Below are positions 40,496 to 51,620 of a stretch of DNA of 64,000 nucleotides, piece by piece. The stretch covers positions 21,698 to 85,697 of the forward strand of contig OZ246948.1 of NCBI GenBank assembly GCA_965232155.1. The letters run 5' to 3'. Source of the stretch: Thermodesulfobacteriota bacterium (GTDB taxonomy: Bacteria; Desulfobacterota_D; UBA1144; Nemesobacterales; Nemesobacteraceae). The notes under the pieces were generated by a model. The model was not told the DNA's origin. It saw nothing but the letters and a program-made list of their open reading frames with translations, and searched no databases. The number at the start of each line of letters is the position of its first letter. Position 1 is the stretch's first letter. The translations under genes and the position numbers were made by a program.

Positions 40496-42292
40496 ATGCT
40501 TGAACTTATGGGAGAGTGGAAAAGATCGAATTCCTGCGGAGAGCTCGGGAAAAAACACATTGACCGCTCCGTTACCCTCATGGGCTGGGTACAGTCCAGA
40601 AGAGACCATGGCGGGGTAATTTTTGTTGACCTGCGCGACAGGGAGGGGCTTTGCCAGATCGTCTTTAACCCTGAGCGCGACCCGAAGATCCACCAGACCG
40701 CCGAACATCTGCGGGATGAGTGGGTAATCGCCGTAAAAGGAACTGTAACCCCCCGGACCGAGGAAACTGTAAACCCGAATCTGAAAACCGGCGAGATCGA
40801 GGTGGTGGCCGAGCAGGTAAGGATTCTCAACACATCAAAGGTAATACCGTTTCTCATAGAAAACGAAGTGAACGCCGATGAGCTTCTCAGACTCAAGTAC
40901 CGCTACCTTGACCTCAGAAGACCCCCGATGCGGGACAACATAGTCTTTCGTCACAAAGTCGCCGCCGCGGTGCGAAGCTATCTTGATGAAAACGGATTTC
41001 TCGAGATCGAAACCCCCTATTTCACGAAATCAACGCCTGAAGGCGCAAGAGACTTTCTCGTTCCGAGCCGGCTTAACGAAGGTCAGTTCTACGCGCTCCC
41101 CCAGTCGCCCCAGATATTGAAACAGACTCTAATGATCTCGGGTTTTGACAGATACTACCAGATAGTTAAATGCTTCAGGGACGAGGACTTAAGAGCCGAC
41201 CGCCAGCCCGAGTTCACCCAGATAGACATGGAGATGTCGTTTGTCTCAGAAGACGACGTGATCTCAGTTGTCGAAGGCATGATAAAGACAGTCCTTCGGG
41301 AAACAAAAGGGATTGACGTAAGCATCCCTTTTTCGAGAATGCCTTACGAAGAAGCCATGGAGAGGTACGGAACCGACTGCCCCGATACGAGGTTCGGCCT
41401 TGAACTAAAAAATATTTCCTCCATATTCCGTGACTCGCAGTTCAAAGTTTTTCGCGGAGCTCTTGAGAAAGGCGGAGAGATAAAGGCGCTTAACCTCAAA
41501 GGAGGAGCCGAGAAGCTTACAAGGAAGGAAATAGACGATCTTACCGAATACGCAATCTCGCTCGGAGCGAAAGGGCTTGCCTGGATAAGGGTCGGCGAGG
41601 ACGGGTGGAACTCCCCCATAGTGAAATTTTTAAGCGAAGAGGAACGCGAGCTTCTGTCCGAGGCCCTTTCGATGGAAAAAGGAGACATAGTGTTTTTCGG
41701 CGCCGACTCGGTTGATACGGTAAACCAGGTGATGTCAAGCGTAAGGCTAAGCCTCGGTCAAACTCTTTCCCTCGTTGACGAAGAAAAACTTGAATTTCTC
41801 TGGGTGGTTGATTTCCCGCTTCTTAAGTACAGCCCCAGAGACAAAAGATATGTCGCCGTCCACCACCCCTTTACCGCCCCAAAGGATGAGGACGTTGGGA
41901 AAATTGAGGATTCCCCGGGCGACGCGGCTTCAAAATCTTACGATATAGTCTTAAACGGGGTAGAGATAGGCGGGGGAAGCATAAGGATTCACAGAAAAGA
42001 CATACAGCAAAAAGTGTTTGACGTTATAGGAATCGGAGAGGACGAAGCAAGAGAAAAATTCGGTTTTCTCCTTGAGGCTCTTGAATTCGGAGCCCCTCCA
42101 CACGGAGGCATAGCGCTCGGTCTTGACAGGATCTTGATGCTGCTCTCGGGCGGAGAATCGATAAGAGACGTAATAGCCTTTCCAAAAACGCAGAAGGGAT
42201 CCTGTCCCCTGACAGAAGCCCCTTCCGAGGTTTCTCCCGAGCAGCTTCTTGAAGCGGGAATAAGCTCAATCGCAAAGAAATCAGAGGACTGA
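40496..42292 (+). CDS. aspS: Aspartate--tRNA ligase
   Basis: 598 aa; class II aaRS motifs with an OB anticodon-binding domain. Confidence 0.95.
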   Translation: MLELMGEWKRSNSCGELGKKHIDRSVTLMGWVQSRRDHGGVIFVDLRDREGLCQIVFNPERDPKIHQTAEHLRDEWVIAVKGTVTPRTEETVNPNLKTGEIEVVAEQVRILNTSKVIPFLIENEVNADELLRLKYRYLDLRRPPMRDNIVFRHKVAAAVRSYLDENGFLEIETPYFTKSTPEGARDFLVPSRLNEGQFYALPQSPQILKQTLMISGFDRYYQIVKCFRDEDLRADRQPEFTQIDMEMSFVSEDDVISVVEGMIKTVLRETKGIDVSIPFSRMPYEEAMERYGTDCPDTRFGLELKNISSIFRDSQFKVFRGALEKGGEIKALNLKGGAEKLTRKEIDDLTEYAISLGAKGLAWIRVGEDGWNSPIVKFLSEEERELLSEALSMEKGDIVFFGADSVDTVNQVMSSVRLSLGQTLSLVDEEKLEFLWVVDFPLLKYSPRDKRYVAVHHPFTAPKDEDVGKIEDSPGDAASKSYDIVLNGVEIGGGSIRIHRKDIQQKVFDVIGIGEDEAREKFGFLLEALEFGAPPHGGIALGLDRILMLLSGGESIRDVIAFPKTQKGSCPLTEAPSEVSPEQLLEAGISSIAKKSED

Positions 42293-42373
42293 CCTTCACC
42301 CTGCATGAACCTGTCTCGTGCGCCGTTTAGGACGATTATCGCGTCATTTTGAAAATGTCTCAAAAATCCCTGT

Positions 42374-42400
42374 TTGCTTTATATTTTTTTATGCTATGAT
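42374..42400 (+). promoter_or_regulatory. Candidate sigma70 promoter for sucAB
   Basis: TTTGCT, then 15 nt, then TATGAT, about 100 nt upstream of the sucA ATG. Confidence 0.3.
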
Positions 42401-42500
42401 TCTATGCGGTTACCGTTCAGAGCAGACGGAGTCGTGAATAACGAGGGTTAAGTTTTCAGTCAGCTGAAATTCTCATATTGCGTAATTCCGAGGAAGGTGC

Positions 42501-45359
42501 ATGGACATCTGGAAAAACTTTCACGGGCTGAATTCAGGTTACGTAATGGATCTCTACGAACGTTACGTAAAAGATCCTGCATCAGTCGATCCCGCCACGA
42601 AAACCATCTTTAAGGGATGGAAACCCGATAGCAAATACTCGTCTCTCAGGGTCGAGATAGAACCCGAGATCGAGAAAAACGGGTTCAAGCAATCACCCGT
42701 AAGGGACGTGAACAAGGCCGTTGCGATCGCCAACATGGCACAAGCAATCAGGAGGCACGGTCACCTGGCAAGCAGAATAGATCCCCTCGGGGGTCCCGTT
42801 CACGGAGACCTCACCCTGCACGCCGAGACCTTCGGGCTTGACGAGGAGGAACTAAGAGATTTTCCCTCGACTCTTGTAGGATGGCCTGTTTCGCAGAACT
42901 CCCTTGACGCGCTTGACGGAATAAGAAAGCTGAGAAAAATCTACTCTTCCTCCACAGGGTATAACTATGACCACATCTACGAAGCCGAAGAGAGAAGGTG
43001 GATGAGGGGCACCATAGAGTCGGGCGTTTACCGCCCTCCCCTAAACCCCATCGATGAAGTGGAGGTTCTCGACACTCTCACCAAAGTGGAGGTATTCGAA
43101 AACTTCCTCCACAGGATCTTTCCCGGGAAATTCAGGTTCTCAATAGAAGGCGTCGACATGCTGGTGCCGATGCTGAATGAACTCATACATCTCGCCATCG
43201 AAGCCGACATACACAAGATAATTCTCGGAATGGCCCATCGTGGAAGGCTGAACGTGATGCACCACGTGATGGAGCAGAACTACAAGTACACGCTGCTTAA
43301 GTTCAAAGACCCTGTTCTCGTAAGGGACTTCGCCGATGACATGGGATGGACCGGAGACGTAAAGTACCACGAGGCCGTAGAACGCGATATCCCCAAGGGA
43401 GAGATGCTTGACCGCAATATGAGGATCACCATGGTTCCCAATCCGAGCCACCTGGAATCGGTAAATCCCGTAGTGCAGGGAATGTCGAGGGCATGCGGGA
43501 TAAGCGACGATACGCCTGGTTCTCCGCAATTTGACCCGTCAACGGTAATACCGGTGCAGATCCATGGAGATTCGGCATTCATGGGACAGGGGATAAATGC
43601 GGAAACGCTTAATCTCTCCGCCCTTCCGGGCTACCGCGCCGGTGGAACAATACACATAATCACCAACAACCAGCTCGGTTACACCACGCTCCCCTCCGAC
43701 AGCAGAAGCACGCTTTATGCAAGCGACCTCGCCAAGGGATTCGAAATACCGATTGTCCACGTAAATGCGGATGACCCCGTTGCCTGCATAGAGTCAATAC
43801 GCCTGGCCTTCGGCTACACATCGAAGTTCGAAAAACATTTCCTCATAGACCTCGTCGGCTACAGAAGGTATGGGCATAACGAGGCGGACGAACCGGGATT
43901 CACACAGCCCGTGATATACAAGAAGATAGACAGTCATCCCCGGGTTATGGACATCTGGGCAAAAAAACTTATAGAAAAAGGCGCTGTCTCGGAAGAACAG
44001 GCAGAGCAGCTGCAGGAAGAGCATATCAAGAAGATTAGCGAGGAATTCGAATCGATCTCCCCAGACGATTCCCCCGAAGAAGCAACGGCGCCCTCCCCGG
44101 AACGCGGGATAGCTAAAAAAACGGTTACCAAGGTTCCCGAAGAGACCCTGCGCGAACTGAACGATTCCCTGCTCACGGTTCCCGAAGGGTTTACGGTAAA
44201 TTCGAAAATCGCCAGAATACGGGACAGAAGAAAGAACATTCTGGACGACCCGAAAGAAAAAGTAATTGACTGGGCCATGGCGGAAGAACTAGCCTACGCC
44301 TCCATAGTCGCACAAGGCACTCCAATCAGAATGACCGGACAGGATTGCGAGAGAGGTACTTTCAGCCATCGCCACGCGGTGCTCCATGACTCTGATAACG
44401 GCACAATTCATGTTCCCCTGCAGAGGATTCCGCAGGCGAAAGCGGCGTTTGAGATAAAAAACAGCCCGCTCAGCGAAAACGCCTGCCTGGGTTTTGAGTA
44501 CGGATACTGCATCGAGAAAACAGACTGCCTTGTAATATGGGAAGCTCAGTACGGAGATTTCATAAACGGGGCGCAGACCATAGTGGACGAATATCTTGTA
44601 TCGGCAAGGGCGAAATGGGGGCAGACTCCATCCCTGGTTCTCCTGTTACCCCACGCCTACGAGGGGCAAGGGCCTGATCACTCGAGCGGAAGGCTCGAAA
44701 GGTTCCTCATGTCGGCCGCCGAATACAATATAAGGATAGTAAACTGCACCACTTCGGCACAGTTCTTCCATGTGCTTCGCCGCCAGGCCCTGCTGCTTGA
44801 AAAAGATCCTCTTCCCCTGATCGTCATGACGCCCAAGGGGCTTCTTCGAAACCCGATGATAAACTCCTCTCTTAAGGATCTGTCCGAGGGGAAATGGTTG
44901 CCCGTAATTGATGATCCGATGACCACCAGACAGGCGAAAAAAGCAAGAAGGCTGATATTCTGCAGCGGCAAGATATACGTTGACCTCATCTCAAGTGAAC
45001 TCAGGGCCAAGTCGCCCGAAGTTGCGATAGCCAGAATCGAGCAGCTCTACCCGAGACCCAAGGACGAGGTAAGCGCCGTTTTGGAAAGGTATGGTAAACT
45101 TGAAGAGGTGGTATGGGTGCAGGAAGAACCCCAGAACGCGGGAGCCTGGAAATACATGCTGCCTTTTTTCAGAAGAAAAATCATCAAGAAGCGGCTTCCG
45201 CTCAGCTATATAGGAAGGAAGCGCTACTCAAGTCCTTCCGAAGGCCTCTCCTCCATGCACAAATACAATCAGGATCTGCTTATAAAGCAAGCGTTCAGCA
45301 TAGACGAAGTAGTGGAAGGCAATGAGGAAAGCGGCATAACCTGGCACAGGGATATCTGA
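42501..45359 (+). CDS. sucA: 2-oxoglutarate dehydrogenase E1 component
   Basis: 952 aa; ThDP-binding motifs. Confidence 0.95.
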   Translation: MDIWKNFHGLNSGYVMDLYERYVKDPASVDPATKTIFKGWKPDSKYSSLRVEIEPEIEKNGFKQSPVRDVNKAVAIANMAQAIRRHGHLASRIDPLGGPVHGDLTLHAETFGLDEEELRDFPSTLVGWPVSQNSLDALDGIRKLRKIYSSSTGYNYDHIYEAEERRWMRGTIESGVYRPPLNPIDEVEVLDTLTKVEVFENFLHRIFPGKFRFSIEGVDMLVPMLNELIHLAIEADIHKIILGMAHRGRLNVMHHVMEQNYKYTLLKFKDPVLVRDFADDMGWTGDVKYHEAVERDIPKGEMLDRNMRITMVPNPSHLESVNPVVQGMSRACGISDDTPGSPQFDPSTVIPVQIHGDSAFMGQGINAETLNLSALPGYRAGGTIHIITNNQLGYTTLPSDSRSTLYASDLAKGFEIPIVHVNADDPVACIESIRLAFGYTSKFEKHFLIDLVGYRRYGHNEADEPGFTQPVIYKKIDSHPRVMDIWAKKLIEKGAVSEEQAEQLQEEHIKKISEEFESISPDDSPEEATAPSPERGIAKKTVTKVPEETLRELNDSLLTVPEGFTVNSKIARIRDRRKNILDDPKEKVIDWAMAEELAYASIVAQGTPIRMTGQDCERGTFSHRHAVLHDSDNGTIHVPLQRIPQAKAAFEIKNSPLSENACLGFEYGYCIEKTDCLVIWEAQYGDFINGAQTIVDEYLVSARAKWGQTPSLVLLLPHAYEGQGPDHSSGRLERFLMSAAEYNIRIVNCTTSAQFFHVLRRQALLLEKDPLPLIVMTPKGLLRNPMINSSLKDLSEGKWLPVIDDPMTTRQAKKARRLIFCSGKIYVDLISSELRAKSPEVAIARIEQLYPRPKDEVSAVLERYGKLEEVVWVQEEPQNAGAWKYMLPFFRRKIIKKRLPLSYIGRKRYSSPSEGLSSMHKYNQDLLIKQAFSIDEVVEGNEESGITWHRDI

Positions 45360-45384
45360 GACAAACGCGCAAGCGAGGGAGAAA

Positions 45385-46659
45385 ATGGCCAAGAACATCG
45401 TTGTTCCCCACCTGGGGGATTCCGTAATAGAAGCAACAATAATCAAGTGGACCAAGCAGCAGGGAGACACGGTAAGACTCGGGGAAACCGTTGTCGAGCT
45501 TGAAACCGAGAAAGCCAACTTCGAAGTCGCCGCCGAAGTAGCGGGAATTCTGGCGTCAATAGCGAAAAAAACCGATGAGGATGTCGAAGTAGGAGATATT
45601 CTGGGAACCATCGAGGTATCCGAAAGTAAAAAGGGTACGAAAAGCGATGCAGAAGAAACCCCTAAGAAAACTGAAGCCCCGCCCCAGCCTCAAACCGAAG
45701 AAGTTTCGCAGGAAAAGCAGCCTGAAGAAAAACCCAGAACCCGAGTGACTCCCGTCGCGAGGAATATTGCCGAGCAGAGCGAAGTCGACCTCTCCCAGGT
45801 CGTACCCGAGGGAAACAGAATCACAAAAGACGATGTGGAAAAGCATCTTGAATCACAGAGAACCAGAGAAGAAATCCCGCAAGAAGCTCCCCCGGAAGAG
45901 GAAATTTCCGAAACTCCTGTATCGCCGGATCTCTTCCCGTCCCTCTCGCAGCTCACCGCTAACAGGGAGAGGAGAAAGAGAATGTCGAGACGTCGCAGGA
46001 CTATAGCGAGACGTCTCGTGGAAGCTCAGCAGACAGCCGCAATACTTTCCACTTTTAATGAAATCGACATGTCTAACGTAATGGAGCTTCGATCGAGAAA
46101 AAAGGAGGCTTTCCGGGAAAAATACGGAGTGAACCTCGGTTTTTCCTCCTTTTTCATAAAAGCCTCTATCGGAGCACTCAGGCTGTTTCCTGAGATAAAT
46201 GCCGAAATTCAGGACGATGAAATAGTCTACAAGGACTACTACGACATCGGAATAGCCGTAGGGGCCGAGGGAGGACTTGTCGTTCCCGTCATAAGGGAGG
46301 CTGACAGAAAAACCTTCGCGCAGATAGAAAAAGAAGTTAAGGAGCTTGCCGAAAAGGCCAACGCAAACACGCTTTCGCTCGATGAAATCTTCGGCGGGAC
46401 TTTCACCATAACAAACGGAGGGGTGTACGGTTCGCTGATGAGCACCCCGATATTGAATCCCCCCCAGGTCGCAATACTCGGACTTCACAAGATAGAGGAG
46501 AGGCCCGTGGCGGTTAACGGAGACATAGTCATAAGACCGATGATGTACACCGCTCTCAGCTACGACCACAGGATAGTTGACGGAAAGGAAGCGGTGCAGT
46601 TCCTCGTAAAAATAAAGGAACTTATCGAAGACCCCGAGACTCTTCTTATCGAAGGATAA
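45385..46659 (+). CDS. sucB: Dihydrolipoyllysine-residue succinyltransferase (E2)
   Basis: Lipoyl domain ETEKANFEV, a Pro/Glu-rich linker, and the DHRIVDG catalytic motif. Confidence 0.95.
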   Translation: MAKNIVVPHLGDSVIEATIIKWTKQQGDTVRLGETVVELETEKANFEVAAEVAGILASIAKKTDEDVEVGDILGTIEVSESKKGTKSDAEETPKKTEAPPQPQTEEVSQEKQPEEKPRTRVTPVARNIAEQSEVDLSQVVPEGNRITKDDVEKHLESQRTREEIPQEAPPEEEISETPVSPDLFPSLSQLTANRERRKRMSRRRRTIARRLVEAQQTAAILSTFNEIDMSNVMELRSRKKEAFREKYGVNLGFSSFFIKASIGALRLFPEINAEIQDDEIVYKDYYDIGIAVGAEGGLVVPVIREADRKTFAQIEKEVKELAEKANANTLSLDEIFGGTFTITNGGVYGSLMSTPILNPPQVAILGLHKIEERPVAVNGDIVIRPMMYTALSYDHRIVDGKEAVQFLVKIKELIEDPETLLIEG

Positions 46660-46782
46660 AACCGCTTGGGTTACACTTGGCCCCCAGGATTCGGCCTGGG
46701 TACATGAGCTAAGAAGTGAGCTAGTCCAATGTCGAGACCGGCGGATTCCGGCTCAATCTCAAGGAGCTTCACGAACGAGGTT

Positions 46783-49263
46783 CTATGAACTCGTATCCAG
46801 TTCAAGCATCTCGCCCCATTTTTCGGTTACATAGGCAAAGAGCTTTTCGCATTCCGCGTAATTATCCGGCTTGCTCATTAATTCGCGCGCGGAATCTCTT
46901 GATTCGCCAAGCAACGCGGAATCTCTTATAAGGTTGGCAAAGCTGAAACCGGGAACCCCCGACTGTTTAGTTCCCATAAATTCCCCAGGACCCCTGTTGG
47001 CAAGGTCAGACTCAGAGATTCTAAACCCGTCTGAAGTCTCGCTCATTATTCTAAGCCTCTCTCCAGATTCCTCTGCCGACACGAATGAATACACTATATA
47101 ACAGGTTGATTCATGCTCTCCCCTCCCCACTCTTCCCCTCATCTGGTGAAGCTGTGAAAGTCCAAAACGCTCCGCGTTCTCTATAACCATTACAGTGGCG
47201 TTGGGAACGTCGACTCCCACCTCTATCACCGTCGTGGAAACAAGAATATCGCACCGCCTCGCGAGAAAGTCGTCCATCACCGCGTCTCTCTCGTCGCTTT
47301 TCATCCTGCCGTGAAGAACAGAGACATGAAACGCAGAGAATTCCCCGCGTAGTTCCTCAACCATTCTGGTTACATGTCTTACGCGTTTAAAATCCTGATT
47401 CTCGGATTCCTCTATAAAGGGATAGACGAAATACGCCTGGCGCCCCTCTTCGAGCTCCTTTCTTATCCGGTCGTAAAACCATGTTCGGTTTTTCTGCGTA
47501 TCCCTGAGAACAAACGTCTCCACCTTTTTTCTCGAAGGAGGAAGTTCGTCAATCACTGAAACTTCAAGATCCCCGTACACAGTGATGGCCAGGGTTCTGG
47601 GAATCGGAGTAGCTGTCATAACAAGAACGTCGGGCACCATCGCTTTCCGTACAAGCTTGGCTCTCTGGACAACTCCGAACCTGTGCTGCTCATCTATTAC
47701 CACGAATCCAAGACTCTTAAAATCCACCGCTTCTGAAATCAGGGCGTGGGTTCCAACCACGATATCGGCCTGCCCGGTCCTTATCTCTTCGTGGACGCGG
47801 GATCTGTCCGCCTTCGGAAGCGCACTTTTAAGAAGAACCACGCTTATTCCCGTGTTCTCGGTCATCTGTCTAATATTTCGAAAATGCTGTTCGGCCAGTA
47901 TCTCCGTCGGAACCATGAGTGCGGCCTGATAGCCGGACTCAATAGCCCGGAGCATGGAGACAAGGGCGACAAGAGTCTTTCCGCTTCCCACGTCACCCTG
48001 AAGAAGCCTGTTCATCGGGCGGGAGGAACCCATATCTGCCCCTATCTCCGAGATAGCTCTTTGCTGAGCATCTGTAAGGTTAAAAGGAAGTGAGCTAAGA
48101 AGTTTTTCCGAAAGAGAACCGCCGGGACTAAAAGATATGCCCCGACTCTCAATCACCTTTCGTTTCTTGGAGAAAAGGCCAAGCTGGAGAACGAAAAACT
48201 CGAAGAATATAACGGTTCTGTGAGCCCGCGAACCCGCGACCGAACCGGGGTCGTCAAAATCAACTGGAAGAACATCGCCGGGCGGGAAATGCACCTGCTC
48301 AAGTGCCTCGGGTAAATCCATCAGGTCCTGCTTTTCCTGGATATCTTTCGGGATCAGTCCCTCGAAGTCCCGCGCGTACCCGTCAAGAGCCCCTCTCACC
48401 GCCTCTCTCAGTTTTTTCTGAGTAAGACCTTCTGTAAGCGGGTAGACGGGAACGATTCTTCCGAACTGAAGAGGATTTCCGACATCTTCCTCATCTTCTA
48501 TTACCTCTATGTCCTGTGCAAGCGGATGAATTATCTGAAGAGCTCTGCCGCCAGGGGCAACCGATACCTTGCCGTGAATTATGAAGCTCATCCCCTTTTT
48601 AAAAACCCCCCTCAGGTAGGAAGAATTGTAATTAAACCAAGTGAGTCTAAGCCTGTCGGTCCCGTCAGAGATCACTACCTGAAAGAAGTTTCTTTTTCTG
48701 TTTCTTATGTCCGCCACAGAAACAACCTTGCCCCGAACAGTACAGGAATCCCCAGGAGCGATTTCCGATATGTCCGCTATTTTTCTGCGGTCGTCGTATT
48801 TCCTTGGAGAATAAAAAAGAAGGTCAGAAACGGTATGTATGGATTTTTTCGCGAGAGATCCCGCGATTCTCGATCCGACTCTCTCAAGGCTCTTGACGCT
48901 TATGGAAGACGGGTTCCCACCCTGGGGAGCTTTTTTTCTAAAAACGGTTGCTTTCGGGGGGATATTCTCGCGTTCGGTTTTTGTAACAGACTTTATCGTT
49001 TTTCGAACGACCGACAGCGCAGAAGATATCCTTTTTGTTTTTTCCGGACGCGTCAGGCTTTTGAAATCAGAGAAGGAATTCCTCAGTGACGCTACAGGAG
49101 TTTTTACTTCCTCGGGAAACTTCCCCGTAAGAAGTTTCGTTGAGATTCTCCTTATGTCCTCTCCAAGTTCGGGAACCTTGTCAAGGTTTGAGAAATTATT
49201 CCTTGAGGCAAAAAGAAGTGGAGTCTCCAGAGAACGCAGGATTTTTTCCAGCTCGCCCCGCAT
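46783..49263 (-). CDS. recG: ATP-dependent DNA helicase RecG with an N-terminal extension of about 110 aa
   Basis: The wedge domain is followed by GDVGSGKT and DEQHRFGV helicase motifs, colinear with E. coli RecG from residue about 125 on. The gene starts 6 nt after the topA stop. Confidence 0.9.
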   Translation of the reverse strand: MRGELEKILRSLETPLLFASRNNFSNLDKVPELGEDIRRISTKLLTGKFPEEVKTPVASLRNSFSDFKSLTRPEKTKRISSALSVVRKTIKSVTKTERENIPPKATVFRKKAPQGGNPSSISVKSLERVGSRIAGSLAKKSIHTVSDLLFYSPRKYDDRRKIADISEIAPGDSCTVRGKVVSVADIRNRKRNFFQVVISDGTDRLRLTWFNYNSSYLRGVFKKGMSFIIHGKVSVAPGGRALQIIHPLAQDIEVIEDEEDVGNPLQFGRIVPVYPLTEGLTQKKLREAVRGALDGYARDFEGLIPKDIQEKQDLMDLPEALEQVHFPPGDVLPVDFDDPGSVAGSRAHRTVIFFEFFVLQLGLFSKKRKVIESRGISFSPGGSLSEKLLSSLPFNLTDAQQRAISEIGADMGSSRPMNRLLQGDVGSGKTLVALVSMLRAIESGYQAALMVPTEILAEQHFRNIRQMTENTGISVVLLKSALPKADRSRVHEEIRTGQADIVVGTHALISEAVDFKSLGFVVIDEQHRFGVVQRAKLVRKAMVPDVLVMTATPIPRTLAITVYGDLEVSVIDELPPSRKKVETFVLRDTQKNRTWFYDRIRKELEEGRQAYFVYPFIEESENQDFKRVRHVTRMVEELRGEFSAFHVSVLHGRMKSDERDAVMDDFLARRCDILVSTTVIEVGVDVPNATVMVIENAERFGLSQLHQMRGRVGRGEHESTCYIVYSFVSAEESGERLRIMSETSDGFRISESDLANRGPGEFMGTKQSGVPGFSFANLIRDSALLGESRDSARELMSKPDNYAECEKLFAYVTEKWGEMLELDTSS

Positions 49264-49269
49264 AATAAA

Positions 49270-51519
49270 TCAGACTTTTTCCGCTCCAGTGGCTTTTTTA
49301 ACTATATTGCCGTCTTTATCTAGATTAAGGGTGCTTCTGCACTTTGGATAGCCGCTGCAGCCGAGAAAACGTCCGCGTCTGCTGCTGCGAACAACCATGG
49401 GTTTACCGCATTTTTCGCATTTTATATCTTCACGCACCTCGGGAGCTTCTTTCTGCTTTATGACGATCCTGCCGTCCTGCCTCGTGAATTCCTTGGGATT
49501 TTTACAATCGGGATACTTTGAGCAGGAAAGAAACTGCCCGTAACGCCCCTCTTTTATCACCATGGGGGCCCCGCACTTATCGCATTCTATATCATCGCAG
49601 ATCTCGGGGTCGGTCTTCTTCCCCACAATAATCTCGCCGTCCTCCGCTCTTGTGAAATCTTTCGCGTTCTTACATTTAGGATACTCAGAGCAGGAAAGAA
49701 ACTGGCCGTAGCGCCCTTCCCTTATAACCATCGCGGCCTCGCACTTATCGCATTCTATATCAGTTGGAATTTCCACCTTGCGTCCTTCGATTTCCTGCTC
49801 GGCTCTGGTCACGCTCTTTGAGAACCCATCGTAAAATCCCCGCAGCAGCTCAACCCAGCCGACTTCTCCCTCTTCCACCCTGTCAAGTTCGCTTTCCATC
49901 CGGGCAGTGAATTCCTCATTCATTATCCCAGGGAAGCCCTCCACCAGAAAATCGTTCACGGAAAAACCCAGGGAAGTCGGCACGAACCTTCCCTTCTGCC
50001 GCTCGGCGTATCCCCTGTCCTGTATGGTCGAAAGGATAGAAGCGTAGGTCGAGGGTCTTCCGATGCCCTTTTCCTCAAGCTCCTTCACAAGCGAACTTTC
50101 GGAATATCTGGGTGGCGGCTGAGTGAAATGCTGCTTGGGATCAAGCTTTAAAAGAGAAAGAGCTTCTTTTTCAGAAAGCTCGGGAAGCCGTCTGTCCTCG
50201 TCTTTTTTGGAATTCTTATCCGTATCGTCGGTTTCTTCTTTTTCAGTAGCCTCCTCGTAGGCGGCCGTAAAGCCCGGGAATTTCATCACGTTGCCGGTGG
50301 CCCTGAAAACGGCTTCACCCGCCGTGATGTCGACGCGCGTCTGATCGTATACGGCCGGAGTCATCTGCGAGGCAATGAACCTTTTCCATATAAGGGAATA
50401 AAGCTTGTACTGATCTTCGGTGAGAAAAGACCTGAGATCTTCGGGTCGCCTTGAGGGAAAAGTGGGCCTTATGCACTCATGGGCGTCCTGCGCGGATTTT
50501 TTTACCTTAAAGGTATTCGGACGCTTCGGCACGTAATCCCCTCCGTAATTGTCGGATATGAATCCCCTTGCTTCCGCTACGGCATTATCAGATGCCCTCA
50601 CTGAATCGGTTCTCATGTAGGTTATAAGTCCTACGGGCCCCTCACTTCCAAGCTCAACTCCCTCGTAGAGCCCTTGGGCAACCAGCATAGTCTTTTTCAC
50701 GGAGAAGCGGTGTTTTTTCGAGGAATCCTGCTGAAGCGTGCTTGTTATAAAAGGGGGAAGCGGCTTTCTCCTCCGTTCTTTCTTTTCGATCGCCCCTACG
50801 ACAAAATCCTTTTCGGAAAGCGCGGAAACTATTTCTTCTGACTGCTGTGCGTTTTCGATCTTGGCCTTTTTCCCCCGGAACATGTGGAGTGAAGCCTTGA
50901 AGGCATCCGCGTCGGAATCCACGGTCCTCCTGACAAGCGCATCAAGAGTCCAGTATTCCCGCGGCTTGAAACTCTCAATCTCCCTTTCTCTGTCAACGAC
51001 GAATCTGAGAGCGACGCTTTGCACCCTCCCGGCACTCAGTCCCTTTCTCACCTTTTTCCATAGAACAGGACTCACCTTGTAGCCGACGATCCTGTCAAGG
51101 ATTCTTCTTGCCTGCTGAGATTCGAAGCGGTCCGTGTTAATAGCAAGGGGGTTGCTCATTGAATCCCTGACGCCCGCTTCTGTTATTTCGTGTATAAGGA
51201 CCCGGTGGACCTTGTCCCAGAGATTAAGACGGTTTGCTATATGCCACGCGATCGCTTCCCCTTCTCTGTCCGGGTCGGAGGCGAGGTAAACTTTCTCCGC
51301 GTCCCGCGACGCTTTTTTCAGATTCTCAAGATACTTGGTTTTGCCCTTTATGACGGTATATTTGGGCTTGAAATCGTTTTGGATATCCACCCCGAGACTG
51401 CTATTCGGAAGATCTACAAGATGCCCTGAAGAAGCTTCCACGCGGAAATCCCGACCGAGATACTTCTTTATTGTTCTCGCCTTTGAAGGAGATTCGACTA
51501 TAACAAGGGATTTAGCCAT
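49270..51519 (-). CDS. topA: DNA topoisomerase I
   Basis: TOPRIM domain and catalytic region, plus three C-terminal C4 zinc ribbons. Confidence 0.95.
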   Translation of the reverse strand: MAKSLVIVESPSKARTIKKYLGRDFRVEASSGHLVDLPNSSLGVDIQNDFKPKYTVIKGKTKYLENLKKASRDAEKVYLASDPDREGEAIAWHIANRLNLWDKVHRVLIHEITEAGVRDSMSNPLAINTDRFESQQARRILDRIVGYKVSPVLWKKVRKGLSAGRVQSVALRFVVDREREIESFKPREYWTLDALVRRTVDSDADAFKASLHMFRGKKAKIENAQQSEEIVSALSEKDFVVGAIEKKERRRKPLPPFITSTLQQDSSKKHRFSVKKTMLVAQGLYEGVELGSEGPVGLITYMRTDSVRASDNAVAEARGFISDNYGGDYVPKRPNTFKVKKSAQDAHECIRPTFPSRRPEDLRSFLTEDQYKLYSLIWKRFIASQMTPAVYDQTRVDITAGEAVFRATGNVMKFPGFTAAYEEATEKEETDDTDKNSKKDEDRRLPELSEKEALSLLKLDPKQHFTQPPPRYSESSLVKELEEKGIGRPSTYASILSTIQDRGYAERQKGRFVPTSLGFSVNDFLVEGFPGIMNEEFTARMESELDRVEEGEVGWVELLRGFYDGFSKSVTRAEQEIEGRKVEIPTDIECDKCEAAMVIREGRYGQFLSCSEYPKCKNAKDFTRAEDGEIIVGKKTDPEICDDIECDKCGAPMVIKEGRYGQFLSCSKYPDCKNPKEFTRQDGRIVIKQKEAPEVREDIKCEKCGKPMVVRSSRRGRFLGCSGYPKCRSTLNLDKDGNIVKKATGAEKV

Positions 51520-51620
51520 AAAAATAATTTTCCGTTCGCAAAACTAGTTTAAATCTTATAAAAAGCCTGCGGAATCTGTCAATACCGATGTAAACCATTC
51601 CCCAGGGCCGCTACAGCGTA

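Noticed and set aside
46690-46760. Two hairpins, CCCAGG-N6-CCTGGG and CCGGCGGATTCCGG, between convergent sucB and recG
   Set aside because: Neither has a following U-run, so they are not convincing intrinsic terminators.
49300-49800. DNA-level repeats such as GCACTTATCGCATTCTATATC
   Set aside because: These are the three tandem zinc-ribbon modules of the topA C-terminus (CDKCGxPMVxKEGRYGQFLSCSxYPxCK). This is intragenic domain repetition, not a repeat element or CRISPR.
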